From contig JBKJKY010000003.1 in NCBI GenBank assembly GCA_046597175.1, positions 1 to 55,267 of the forward strand: DNA of 55,267 bases, in the 5' to 3' direction. How positions within the stretch are numbered: the first letter of the stretch is position 1; every line of letters begins with the position of its first letter. Below are positions 1 to 8,913 of this stretch, in pieces. The position numbers were made by a program, and so were the translations under genes. The stretch is from Parcubacteria group bacterium (lineage in GTDB: Bacteria; Patescibacteriota; Minisyncoccia; Phycocordibacterales; Zambryskibacteraceae). The notes under the pieces were generated by a model. The model was not told where the DNA came from and did not search any database. It saw only the letters and a list, made by a program, of their open reading frames with translations.

Positions 1-1
1 C

Positions 2-814
2 AACAATGGCACAACACTTATCCCGCACATTGAATTTGTCGCGATAGTGTATGACGGATCAGGAAATGCTATTGGAGCCTCGAAAACATTCGTCGACGAT
101 TTGGTAAAAGGCAGTACGAAGTCTCTTGTGTTTACCTGGCCACAACCCTTTACCACGAAGTCAGACTCATGCGATCAACCTGTCGATGTTGCGCTCGTGC
201 TGGATCGCTCTGGCAGTATGGCAAGTCTTGGCGAGAATCCTCCTCAGCCGTTATCTGATGTAAAGTCCGCTGCAACGTTTTTTGTTGGTAAACTTCGCTC
301 AACCGATCAAGCTTCCCTCGTTTCATTTGCAAATGAAGCTAGTAACCCGATTGATAGTGCACTCTCTTCAAATTTCAAAGATGTTACTACCGCTATTAAT
401 GCTCTCAGTATTAGTAAAAGTGGACTCCAAAACACCAACATTGCAGACGCGATTGCTAAAGCAAGAGAAGAGCTTTTGTCAGAGAGACATAAAAATAATT
501 CCCTTAAGGTGATGATTACGCTCACCGATGGTATAGCCAATCGTCCGGAGCTTAAGGGTAACAGTGCTTATGCAGAAACTGTAGCGCAAAGTGAAGCAGA
601 GATAGCAAAGCAAAATGGAATTAGTATGTACAGCATCGGTCTTGGGAAAGATATCAATGCAAACTTCTTAGCAAGCATTGCATCAAGTACGGATGAGTTT
701 TATCTGGCTCCCACAACTGAGACACTGACCAATATCTACTCACAAATCGCAACAAAAATCTGTAAACGTCGCCCAGCTGTGATTGAGGTGTTGCCCCGTG
801 TACTTCCTAAGTAA
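2..814 (+). CDS. von Willebrand factor type A (vWA) domain protein, 5' end outside the window
   Basis: The frame stays open from nt 2, so the track's GTG at 47 is probably internal. MIDAS-type DVALVLDRSGSM (DxSxS) and a downstream ITLTDG. TAA stop at 812-814. Confidence 0.8.
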   Translation, partial: NNGTTLIPHIEFVAIVYDGSGNAIGASKTFVDDLVKGSTKSLVFTWPQPFTTKSDSCDQPVDVALVLDRSGSMASLGENPPQPLSDVKSAATFFVGKLRSTDQASLVSFANEASNPIDSALSSNFKDVTTAINALSISKSGLQNTNIADAIAKAREELLSERHKNNSLKVMITLTDGIANRPELKGNSAYAETVAQSEAEIAKQNGISMYSIGLGKDINANFLASIASSTDEFYLAPTTETLTNIYSQIATKICKRRPAVIEVLPRVLPK

Positions 815-820
815 TCCGCC

Positions 821-2002
821 GTGACTGATCTCCTTCATTATTTCTGGAAACGAACGACGTCCGTAATGCCATCCCTACAGGGTATGGATTGGATTCTTTT
901 TTTCTCTGCTCTTCTTATTTCTCTTGCTGGGCTTGTGACAATGAATTCGTTCCAAGTGGGTGACGTATCCGCAGGACAAAGTTATTACTTCAATCGTCAG
1001 ATTATTTGGCTTTCGATTACTGTTGGAGTGTTCTTCCTTGCCAGTATAATTGACTGGAGGTTTTTGCGCAGAACGAGTGTGATTGTGGGACTCTTTTCAT
1101 TTTCATGCGGGATGCTCGCTTTGCTTTTTGTAGTAGGGCATGTAGCAAAAGGTGCTCAGAGTTGGTTCAATTTTGGAGGATTTTCATTCCAGCCTTCTGA
1201 CCCTATTAAGATTGTGCTTATTCTGCTCCTCGCAAAATATTTTAGTCGCAGACATGTGGAGATTCGTCATATCAGGCATCTTCTTGTTTCGGGAGCGTAT
1301 GCGTTCATCCTTTGTTTTCTTGTTCTTATTGAGCCAGACTTCGGATCATCAATCATTCTTTTTGCGGTTTGGTTTGGCATGGTGCTTGTCTCTGGGATTT
1401 CGAAAAAACATCTCTTAGCAGTAATTTTGATTGGCGCAGTGACATTTGGCGCGCTCTGGCTCTTTGCATTTAAGCCATACCAGAAGCAAAGAATTCTTAC
1501 CTTTATCCATCCACTGGCTGATACAAGGGGAGCAGGGTACAACGCATACCAGTCTACAATCGCAGTAGGATCAGGAAGGGTTCTCGGAAAAGGAATCGGG
1601 TATGGAACTCAAAGTAAACTTCAATTTTTACCTGAGTTTGAAACAGATTTTATTTTTGCCGCCTTTGCAGAAGAGTGGGGATTTGTTGGTGTAACTCTTA
1701 TCTTTATTTTATATGGGCTTCTTATTTGGCGAATACTCGCAAATGCCGAGCTCGGTGCGAGCAACTTCGAGACACTTTTTGGTCTCGGACTCGCCATTCT
1801 TTTTATGGTTCATATCATCATCCACGTAGGAATGAATATCGGACTCTTACCGGTAACGGGTACCACAATTCCGCTCATGAGTTATGGAGGAAGTCACCTT
1901 ATTGGTGAGTATTTAGGACTCGGAATTCTGATGGGTATGCGCAGATATAATCGTTCTGCAAGTAGAGAAATGATGGGCAATGAGATGCTGGGAATGCAGT
2001 AG
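821..2002 (+). CDS. SEDS-family cell-wall polymerase (FtsW/RodA/SpoVE)
   Basis: 393 aa with about 10 TM segments. Family motifs PEFETDFIFAAFAEEWGF and PLMSYGGSH. GTG start 7 nt after the vWA stop. Confidence 0.85.
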   Translation: MTDLLHYFWKRTTSVMPSLQGMDWILFFSALLISLAGLVTMNSFQVGDVSAGQSYYFNRQIIWLSITVGVFFLASIIDWRFLRRTSVIVGLFSFSCGMLALLFVVGHVAKGAQSWFNFGGFSFQPSDPIKIVLILLLAKYFSRRHVEIRHIRHLLVSGAYAFILCFLVLIEPDFGSSIILFAVWFGMVLVSGISKKHLLAVILIGAVTFGALWLFAFKPYQKQRILTFIHPLADTRGAGYNAYQSTIAVGSGRVLGKGIGYGTQSKLQFLPEFETDFIFAAFAEEWGFVGVTLIFILYGLLIWRILANAELGASNFETLFGLGLAILFMVHIIIHVGMNIGLLPVTGTTIPLMSYGGSHLIGEYLGLGILMGMRRYNRSASREMMGNEMLGMQ

Positions 2003-2055
2003 GGAATAGAGAATCTGAATAAGCAGGGAATATTCTCGGTTCGTGAATCCAAGAA

Positions 2056-3204
2056 TTAGTAGAGGTCAATGGTTTTTTCTACCATTTGTTTTAGTGAAAA
2101 TTTTTCCTCAACGGTATGTTTAAGTGCTATTCCATACTGCTCTAGCATATCTCTACTTGCAAGCAGTTCCTGGAGCGCGTATTCAATCTGAGATATATTT
2201 CCAGCTTCTACGAGTATTCCGTTTCGTTTGTGTTCGATAGCTTCAGGAATACCACCAACCCGGCTTGCTATTACGGGGAGCGATGCGAGCCCCGCTTCGA
2301 GTGGTGCGTAGGGGAATGCTTCAGTACGAGAGGTGAGGGTGAAGATATCAAAGGCATTAAGGTACTCTGACGCATTTTCTTTGAATCCTACGAGGTGTAC
2401 CTTTTCGCTCAGATTAAGCGTTTGAATAAGTGTTTGAAGATTTTTGCCCTCCTCTCCACCGCCAATAATGACGAGTGCAGTATCAGGTACCGCTTTCACT
2501 GTGTTTGCAAACGCTCGAATAATAAAGTCGAGGCCTTTGTTCTTGTGGAGTTCTGAAATCGTACCAATCCAGAGCGCCTCTTTAAAATTCCCCAAATTAC
2601 TTCGCGCATCAGCTTTTTGTAAAAGTGGAATCGTACCAATGCCGTTATAGATGAGTGTTATTTTCTTGCTTACAAGTGGGAAGCGAGAAATTTGATCCGC
2701 TACTTTCTTTGAAACAGCAATGGTATCGTGGGAAAGTACGATGGTGAGAAAATGGAGGAAGGCAAGGATAATTTTTGAAACAATATTTCTTTTTTCATTA
2801 AACGCCCAGCCGTGCCCGGTAAATATGGCTCTGGTATAGGTGGTGGAGTAGTTCAGTATTGAACGAATATTCATAAAACGAACAGCAAGAGCTCCCAGCC
2901 CACCTGCTTTTGAACTATTGAGGTGAACTACATCAGGGTTTTCATCTTTCAGAATTTTGAGGAAGGCAATGAGTGATCGAATATCAGAAATTACACCGAT
3001 GTCACGCTTCAGACTCTCAATTCGGAGTACTCGAATTCCTTTTTCGATTAGTTTCTTTTCAAGCGTATCACCTTCGCCGAGAACAACGAGTACCTCGAAG
3101 TTATCTTTCGGAAGGTTCGTAGCTAGGTCAAAGACGTATCGTTGGGCGCCTCCAAAGTTACCCTTTGTTATAAAATATAAAATTTTTTTTGTTTTATTCT
3201 GCAT
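2056..3204 (-). CDS. glycosyltransferase family 4 (GT-B fold)
   Basis: 382 aa. C-terminal SRTEAFPYAPLEAGLASLPVIASRVGGIPEAIEHKRNGILVE is typical of the GT4 donor-binding region. The N-terminus KILYFITKGNFGG lies in a duplicated 41-bp segment. Confidence 0.85.
   Translation of the reverse strand: MQNKTKKILYFITKGNFGGAQRYVFDLATNLPKDNFEVLVVLGEGDTLEKKLIEKGIRVLRIESLKRDIGVISDIRSLIAFLKILKDENPDVVHLNSSKAGGLGALAVRFMNIRSILNYSTTYTRAIFTGHGWAFNEKRNIVSKIILAFLHFLTIVLSHDTIAVSKKVADQISRFPLVSKKITLIYNGIGTIPLLQKADARSNLGNFKEALWIGTISELHKNKGLDFIIRAFANTVKAVPDTALVIIGGGEEGKNLQTLIQTLNLSEKVHLVGFKENASEYLNAFDIFTLTSRTEAFPYAPLEAGLASLPVIASRVGGIPEAIEHKRNGILVEAGNISQIEYALQELLASRDMLEQYGIALKHTVEEKFSLKQMVEKTIDLY
3149..3189. repeat. 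41-bp direct repeat, copy 1 (encodes residues 6-19 of the current glycosyltransferase)
   Basis: cctccaaagttaccctttgttataaaatataaaattttttt is identical to 3330-3370. Confidence 0.95.
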
Positions 3205-3239
3205 AGTCTGTTTTTTTGATTGCTACAGGCTTCACGGAT

Positions 3240-3303
3240 ATTTTCTTGCTAGAAAATTCCGCGACCCCACCTCACTCGCCTGCGCTCGCTCCGGTCTTGC
3301 GCC
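3240..3303 (-). repeat. bipartite interspersed repeat, copy A (AT hairpin plus GC-rich module)
   Basis: Hairpin ATTTTCT-tgct-AGAAAAT (3240-3257) next to ccgcgaccccacctcactcgcctgcgctcgctccggtcttgcgcc. The reverse complement aligns at roughly 85% with 13684-13724. Confidence 0.8.
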
Positions 3304-3379
3304 AACGGGTCCCTTCCCGATGGCTCACACCTCCAAAGTTACCCTTTGTTATAAAATATAAAATTTTTTTCTTGTCCAT
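3272..3379 (-). pseudogene. fossil 5' end of the glycosyltransferase gene, displaced by a ~140-bp insertion
   Basis: The minus strand reads ATG GAC AAG AAA AAA ATT ..., giving MDKKKILYFITKGNFGGVSHREGTRWRKTGASAGE*. The first 17 aa match the live gene's N-terminus, then the frame runs into repeat copy A and stops. The ATG sits in a TAATATG junction with the upstream EamA stop. Confidence 0.6.
3330..3370. repeat. 41-bp direct repeat, copy 2
   Basis: Identical to 3149-3189. The two copies are separated by 140 bp that contain repeat copy A. Confidence 0.95.
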
Positions 3380-3380
3380 A

Positions 3381-3803
3381 TTATTTTATTGCAAAGAGAA
3401 TTGCTCCTGAGAGTATGAGAACTGAGCCAAGCCCCGTTTTCCAGGTAATCCCTTCACCGAGGAATAGCGCTGCGAGAATAACTACAAATACAATGCTGAG
3501 TCGATCGAGAGCAGCAACTCCTCCTGCAGGACCATTTTTTAGACTAAAGAAATAAAAGAGCCATGAGGTAGCCCCGGCAATGCCTGAGAGTGCGATGAAA
3601 AGGAAGGTTCTTCCATCAATAGAACTCAGGGTTTTGTATTTTCCGAGTGCAAGGGAAGTGAGTACAAGGAACCCAGCCATAACAACTGAACGAACAGTGG
3701 TCGCTAAGGTACTATCAACATTTTTGAGTCCAATCTTGCCGAAGATAGAGACGAGGGATGCAAAAACTGCAGAAAGTGAAGCGTAGAGTATCCAACTAGG
3801 CAT
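3381..3803 (-). CDS. small EamA/DMT-superfamily membrane transporter
   Basis: 140 aa from MPSWILY. 4-5 TM segments and a single EamA-like repeat (FGKIGLKNVDSTLATTVRS). The longer track ORF (to 3866) overlaps the upstream gene, so the shorter start is preferred. Confidence 0.6.
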   Translation of the reverse strand: MPSWILYASLSAVFASLVSIFGKIGLKNVDSTLATTVRSVVMAGFLVLTSLALGKYKTLSSIDGRTFLFIALSGIAGATSWLFYFFSLKNGPAGGVAALDRLSIVFVVILAALFLGEGITWKTGLGSVLILSGAILFAIK

Positions 3804-4278
3804 GGCGGTTTTTGTGACGCATTCGCATTGGATGGAGGTGCGCCGCGAGCGAGAGTGCGAGTGCAATAATGACTACGTTTTTGATGATGTACTGACCTTC
3901 AAGAGTCGGTACGAGGAATGATTGCCAAGTAATACTTGGAAGTAAGATAAGTGGCATTACTGTTGTAATCATATGGGGAAGGAGGAGGGCAATTGCAACT
4001 CGCTCAAGTCCGGGGATGAGAAATGTAATCCCAATAATCATTTCGTAGATACCAAAAAGGAGAATGAATTGGTCAAAGGTGATGAAGGGGAGTGTTTTCT
4101 CAAGGAGACTTGATACGAGGGGATTAGCTGGGCTCTCACCAAACACTTTCAGTATTCCAAACCAAAAAAATACGATAAAGATTGCAATGTGAGCCATTGG
4201 CAAACTGATTTTTCGGAAGAAGTGAATAATCGAACTGTCAACCGCTTCCATTTCACCTTGTATATTATGAGTATTCAT
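3796..4278 (-). CDS. DoxX/DUF417-like integral membrane protein
   Basis: 160 aa with 4 TM segments. The C-terminal EGQYIIKNVVIIALALSL resembles DoxX-family ends. The family assignment is tentative. Confidence 0.5.
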   Translation of the reverse strand: MNTHNIQGEMEAVDSSIIHFFRKISLPMAHIAIFIVFFWFGILKVFGESPANPLVSSLLEKTLPFITFDQFILLFGIYEMIIGITFLIPGLERVAIALLLPHMITTVMPLILLPSITWQSFLVPTLEGQYIIKNVVIIALALSLAAHLHPMRMRHKNRHA

Positions 4279-4284
4279 TCCTTC

Positions 4285-4290
4285 ATTCTA
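4285..4290 (-). promoter_or_regulatory. -10 hexamer TAGAAT, 6 nt upstream of the ATG at 4278 (leaderless-type promoter)
   Basis: The minus strand reads cgcggTAGAATgaaggaATG. Confidence 0.5.
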
Positions 4291-4293
4291 CCG

Positions 4294-4331
4294 CGTGATT
4301 TTACTCATGGCTAGCAATGAGTAAAATCACG
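4294..4331. promoter_or_regulatory. 38-bp near-perfect palindrome (candidate operator) abutting the -10 box
   Basis: cgtgattttactcat (4294-4308) and atgagtaaaatcacg (4317-4331) are perfect 15-bp inverted arms around ggctagca. Confidence 0.55.
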
Positions 4332-4506
4332 AAAAACGGATATCGAAAGACGAAAATCGAGGAGAACAAAAACTTACTAACTGGCCATGTCGCTCTAGGT
4401 ATACATTCCAATAATATTTGTCGATTTTTGTTATCCGAGTTTCGACCAACCGCACCTCAGTCTGTGGGTTGAAAAAAGCCTGTTTTTCTATAGTATTACC
4501 CTTGTT

Positions 4507-5853
4507 ATGACTATGATGAGCAAAAAAGAGCCATTTATCCTCGTTTTGGGGGATATTATTGCCTTTTACATGGGCCTATGGCTTATGCTCTTCTTGCGAT
4601 ACGCAGAACTTCCCTCAAAGGCTAACCTAACGCTACACCTTGTGCCATTTTCTATTTTGTTCGTGATTTGGTTCGGGGTCTTTTTTATCGCAGGCCTCTA
4701 TGAGAAACACACGCTCCTTATCAAGGAAAAGATTGCAGGAACAATCTTGCGTGCACAGATTACAAATAGCATTCTGGCAGTACTCTTCTTTTACTTCATT
4801 CCATTTTTTGGTATTGCTCCAAAAACAAATCTTTTTCTGACACTCCTAACTTCGTTTGGTTTTGTGATGGTCTGGAGGTTGTTTATATTTGCCGGTTTTG
4901 AGACTAGAACAAAAGAGAAAGCCCTGCTCATTGGTTCTGGCCCTGAGATGGCTGAGCTTGAAATGGAAGTGAACAATAACTCACGCTATGATGTGCAGTT
5001 CGTCTCATCACTTGACGTAAGTAATGCAAGTGCAGATGGTGTGCAAGCGGAGATGCAACAAAAAATATATACCGAAGGCATTTCAGTCATCGTTGCAGAC
5101 TTTCGCGATGAGAAAGTAGAGCCAGTACTACCAACGCTCTATAATCTTATTTTCTCTGATGTTCGGTTTGTTGATATGTATAAGCTGTATGAAGATATCT
5201 TCGATCGCATTCCGCTCTCTCTGGTGCGGTATAACTGGTTCCTCGAACACATAGCTGGATCGGCTGAAAGGGGGTATGATTTTTTGAAACGGACAATGGA
5301 CTTCACCGTCTCACTTCTGCTCGGTGTTGTTTCTCTGTTTTTCTATCCGTTTGTTTACCTCGCAATCAAACTGGAAGATGGCGGCCCAATTTTCTTTACG
5401 CAAGAACGCATTGGCAAAAATAATGAACTCATCGCAGTGAAAAAGTTTCGAAGTTTGGCTGTCCATAATAATCCAAATGGCATCGCTCTGAATCCGTTAC
5501 CGACAAAAGTAGGAGCATTTCTTCGTCGCACCCGAATCGATGAATTACCACAACTCTGGAGTGTTCTTATCGGAGATTTGTCGCTCATCGGTCCACGTCC
5601 CGAAATCCCGGCGCTCGTCGAGGTATATGAAAAAGAAATTCCGTATTACAACGTCAGGCATCTCATCAAACCAGGACTTTCAGGGTGGGCACAGCTCTAT
5701 CAATATGCACCGCCAAAGTTTTCGGCAAAGCTCGATGAAACCCGCATTAAGCTTTCGTATGATTTGTATTACATAAAACATCGCTCACTTGGACTCGATC
5801 TCAAAGTTGCTCTCCGAACTATCAAAACTCTTCTTTCACGGGAGGGAATTTAG
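4507..5853 (+). CDS. polyprenyl-phosphate sugar phosphotransferase (bacterial sugar transferase, WbaP/EpsL-like)
   Basis: 448 aa. N-terminal TM block plus a C-terminal domain with the hallmark DELPQLWSVLIGDLSLIGPRPE. Confidence 0.9.
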   Translation: MTMMSKKEPFILVLGDIIAFYMGLWLMLFLRYAELPSKANLTLHLVPFSILFVIWFGVFFIAGLYEKHTLLIKEKIAGTILRAQITNSILAVLFFYFIPFFGIAPKTNLFLTLLTSFGFVMVWRLFIFAGFETRTKEKALLIGSGPEMAELEMEVNNNSRYDVQFVSSLDVSNASADGVQAEMQQKIYTEGISVIVADFRDEKVEPVLPTLYNLIFSDVRFVDMYKLYEDIFDRIPLSLVRYNWFLEHIAGSAERGYDFLKRTMDFTVSLLLGVVSLFFYPFVYLAIKLEDGGPIFFTQERIGKNNELIAVKKFRSLAVHNNPNGIALNPLPTKVGAFLRRTRIDELPQLWSVLIGDLSLIGPRPEIPALVEVYEKEIPYYNVRHLIKPGLSGWAQLYQYAPPKFSAKLDETRIKLSYDLYYIKHRSLGLDLKVALRTIKTLLSREGI

Positions 5854-5994
5854 ACCCAGTTTTAAGTGGTCAGTGTTAAGTTTTAAGTAAGTTACTTCTC
5901 GCTTGTCTGATAATAGTTTTTGTGGTATTTTGCATTCGAAATCGTTCTTATTTGGCCTGGCATTCCAGGAACACAAAAAAGAGAGAGGTGCATC

Positions 5995-6537
5995 ATGAAT
6001 GCGAATGATTATCGGTTTCTATACACTTTCGCTTGTTTTTGCTCAGACCTCAGAAAGCTTTGCTTTCCTCCAATTGGAAGCGAAGCTTTCATCAGCCCGA
6101 ATCTCGACACTGTCGAAGCAAAAAAAATGGTCGCATACGCTGTAGAACACGATTCCTATCTACATCTCACTGATTTCAGTGTGGGGAAGATGGAAGAATG
6201 GTTACATCTCTGGTGTTCCACCGAAAATGATTCACAAGATCTTGGTCAAGAAGCACACGAATGGGTTGCAAGATGGGCATTTGCAGTCTGTGCACCTTTT
6301 GTTCCGTATCTTGATGCAAGTATCGTTTTGACTGGCTGGGGTTTTCACTCGAGTGAAGAAGAGGTTTTGTATGTCTTCCTCTCTTTACCTGAAGAAGCGG
6401 ATGGATACTCTCAGTCAACTTTGGTAACGAACCGACCAGAGGATTGGCAGGCGTTCCTCCGCGACCCTGTCGGATTCCTGACAAGTGGTAAACCAAAACC
6501 AGTTTTCTTTGGTCCGGACGGCCAGATCAACCTGTAG
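5995..6537 (+). CDS. hypothetical protein
   Basis: ATG at 5995 within the track ORF 5920-6537. Followed by an intrinsic terminator. No recognisable motif. Confidence 0.45.
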   Translation: MNANDYRFLYTFACFCSDLRKLCFPPIGSEAFISPNLDTVEAKKMVAYAVEHDSYLHLTDFSVGKMEEWLHLWCSTENDSQDLGQEAHEWVARWAFAVCAPFVPYLDASIVLTGWGFHSSEEEVLYVFLSLPEEADGYSQSTLVTNRPEDWQAFLRDPVGFLTSGKPKPVFFGPDGQINL

Positions 6538-6552
6538 GCCCAAGTGTTTTAT

Positions 6553-6585
6553 AACCCCTCGCGTATCCGCGAGGGGTTATTTGTT
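6553..6585 (+). terminator. intrinsic terminator
   Basis: aacccctcgcg-tatc-cgcgaggggtt followed by a T-rich tract. Confidence 0.75.
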
Positions 6586-6612
6586 TGATTTTCCTCTTAA
6601 AATCCCTATACT
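6585..6612 (+). promoter_or_regulatory. sigma70-like promoter, leaderless geometry for secD
   Basis: TTGATT, a 16-nt spacer, TATACT, then 6 nt (gttccc) to the ATG at 6619. Confidence 0.55.
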
Positions 6613-6618
6613 GTTCCC

Positions 6619-7941
6619 ATGACTAAATACCGAATTGGAAGCTTTTTCCTCATTATTTGCGGGCTATTATTGGCTTTTTTCCTCAACGCTTCGCTCAAAC
6701 CGAATGCAAAACATCCCTTCAAGCTCGGGCTCGACCTTGTAGGTGGCACTGAACTTATCTACCGGGCAGATCTTTCTCGTATCGATACGCAGGACGTCTC
6801 TACTTCCATGGATGCGCTTCGGGAGGTTATCGAAAGGCGAGTAAACGTCTTTGGTGTATCTGAACCAATTATCCAAGTAGAACAAGCTGGACTTGTATCA
6901 GGGAATACCGATCATAGACTCATTGTTGAGCTTCCTGGTATCAGTAATACCGATGAGGCGATTGCCATGATTGGAAAAACTCCCGTGCTCGAATTTCGCC
7001 TTGAAAAAGAAGGACTTCAAAATTTGAAAGAAGAAGATATCAAGAATCTTTCGATTGATGATATCTATTCTCCTACAGGACTCGATGGAAGACTTCTAAA
7101 AAACGCACAACTTCAGTTTGACTCAACAACGCAAAAGCCGATGGTGGTACTTAACTTCAATGATGAAGGGAAGGCTCTCTTTGCAAAAGTAACGGGTGAA
7201 AATGTTGGACGGACACTTGCTATTTTCCTCGATGGAAAGATGATTCAAGCGCCACGAATTCAAGAATCGATTGATAATGGGACCGCTCGTATCACTGGAG
7301 GCTTCGACGCAAATACCGCAAAAGAAGCAGTAAAACAACTGAACTATGGTGCGCTTCCAGTACCTATCGAGCTCATTAGCCAGCAAACCATTGGTCCATC
7401 ACTCGGACAAGTCGCGCTCCACGCAGGACTCAGGGCTGGTGTTGTAGGATTTATACTACTCTCAATCTTTCTTATCCTCTGGTACCGTCTTCCTGGAATT
7501 GTTGCAACAATTGCGCTCGTGCTCTATGTTCTTATCTCACTTTCACTTTTCCTTATTATTCCGGTGACGCTTACTGCCGCTGGCCTTGCAGGGTTCATCC
7601 TTTCGATTGGTATGGCGGTTGATGCGAACGTGCTTATCTTCGAACGCATGAAAGAAGAGCTCCGCGCAGGAAAAAATCTTCACGATGCAATGCATGAAGG
7701 ATTCCACCGCGCATGGCTTTCGATTCGTGACTCAAACATCTCATCAATTATTACCGCAATTGTGCTCTTCTGGCTTGGAACATCAGCGATAAAAGGATTC
7801 GCACTCACGCTCGGTCTTGGAGTGGCTGTTTCAATGTTTACCGCAATCACTGCATCTCGAACATTCCTTTTCGCACTCCAGTCAAAGACCCTCGGAAAGG
7901 TTGCACGATTCTTATTCGGATCTGGTATTTCTAACGCTTAA
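6619..7941 (+). CDS. secD: protein translocase subunit SecD
   Basis: 440 aa. LGLDLVGGTELIY motif, a periplasmic-type domain and a C-terminal 6-TM block. Confidence 0.9.
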   Translation: MTKYRIGSFFLIICGLLLAFFLNASLKPNAKHPFKLGLDLVGGTELIYRADLSRIDTQDVSTSMDALREVIERRVNVFGVSEPIIQVEQAGLVSGNTDHRLIVELPGISNTDEAIAMIGKTPVLEFRLEKEGLQNLKEEDIKNLSIDDIYSPTGLDGRLLKNAQLQFDSTTQKPMVVLNFNDEGKALFAKVTGENVGRTLAIFLDGKMIQAPRIQESIDNGTARITGGFDANTAKEAVKQLNYGALPVPIELISQQTIGPSLGQVALHAGLRAGVVGFILLSIFLILWYRLPGIVATIALVLYVLISLSLFLIIPVTLTAAGLAGFILSIGMAVDANVLIFERMKEELRAGKNLHDAMHEGFHRAWLSIRDSNISSIITAIVLFWLGTSAIKGFALTLGLGVAVSMFTAITASRTFLFALQSKTLGKVARFLFGSGISNA

Positions 7942-7945
7942 TATT

Positions 7946-8857
7946 ATGCCTATCATCACTCACAGAAAAATTTTCTTCGCTCTCTCAGCAATTCTTATGC
8001 TTGGATCGGTTGTTGCAATATCGGTATTTGGACTCCACTTCAGTTCTGACTTTGTAGGAGGTTCGCTCCTTGAGGTTTCGTACGAAAAAAGTGCTGATGT
8101 TCCAACTCTTGATACTGCAAAGACTGTCCTTGCACCACTCTCGCTTGGCGAATATTCACTTCGTCCATCAGGTGATACGCACCTCGTGCTTCGATCGAAA
8201 GAATTAACCCAAGTGCAAAAAGAAACGGTTGTGAGTGCACTTTCAAGTAACGGAGCAGTACCTACCAAAATTGAACGCTTCAATACGGTTGGTCCAATCG
8301 TTGGAGAGAGTCTCAAGAAGAAGTCGTACATCGCAATTGCGCTCGTTGTGCTTTGTATCATGCTTTTCATTACCTTTGTATTTCGCAAAGTGTCAGAGCC
8401 AGTTGCTTCATGGAAGTTCGGGTTAGCGACAGTAATTGCTCTTGTTCATGATGTGCTTATTCCAACAGGAATATACGTTGTCTACGGACATTACTTTGGA
8501 GCGGAAATTGACTTACTCTTTGTAACAGCGCTCCTCGCGATCCTCGGATACTCAGTGCATGACACAATTGTGGTATTCGACCGAACTCGCGAGAACCTTC
8601 TGCACAATCTCGGAGGACGTTCAAAAGAAACATTTGACGTAACAGTGGGGAAGAGTCTTTCACAAACAATGGCTCGTTCGATCAATACATCACTCACCAT
8701 CTTCATTACCCTCATGGCTCTCTACTTTGTAGGAAGTGATGCAACTCGAAACTTCGCATTCACGCTACTTGTCGGAGTTATTGTGGGAACGTACTCATCA
8801 ATCTGTGTGGCGTCTCCACTCCTCGTGACTCTCGAAAAACTTCAAAAGAAAAACTAA
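7946..8857 (+). CDS. secF: protein translocase subunit SecF
   Basis: ATG at 7946 lies 4 nt after the secD stop; the track's 7817 start overlaps secD. SSDFVGGSLLEV motif and 6 TM segments. Confidence 0.9.
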   Translation: MPIITHRKIFFALSAILMLGSVVAISVFGLHFSSDFVGGSLLEVSYEKSADVPTLDTAKTVLAPLSLGEYSLRPSGDTHLVLRSKELTQVQKETVVSALSSNGAVPTKIERFNTVGPIVGESLKKKSYIAIALVVLCIMLFITFVFRKVSEPVASWKFGLATVIALVHDVLIPTGIYVVYGHYFGAEIDLLFVTALLAILGYSVHDTIVVFDRTRENLLHNLGGRSKETFDVTVGKSLSQTMARSINTSLTIFITLMALYFVGSDATRNFAFTLLVGVIVGTYSSICVASPLLVTLEKLQKKN

Positions 8858-8858
8858 G

Positions 8859-8887
8859 AAAAAAACCGGCTTATGCCGGTTTTTTTA
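8859..8887 (+). terminator. intrinsic terminator
   Basis: A-tract, ccggc-ttat-gccgg, then a T-tract. Confidence 0.75.
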
Positions 8888-8901
8888 TAGAGTATTCGGT
8901 A

Positions 8902-8907
8902 TATAAT
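8902..8907 (+). promoter_or_regulatory. -10 hexamer TATAAT, 6 nt upstream of the ATG at 8914
   Basis: gtaTATAATgactagATG. Confidence 0.5.
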
Positions 8908-8913
8908 GACTAG

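Noticed and set aside
7817-7945. Long SecF start at 7817 given by the ORF track
   Set aside because: It overlaps the secD 3' end in another frame. The ATG at 7946 gives the canonical SecF N-terminus (MPIITHRKIFF...).
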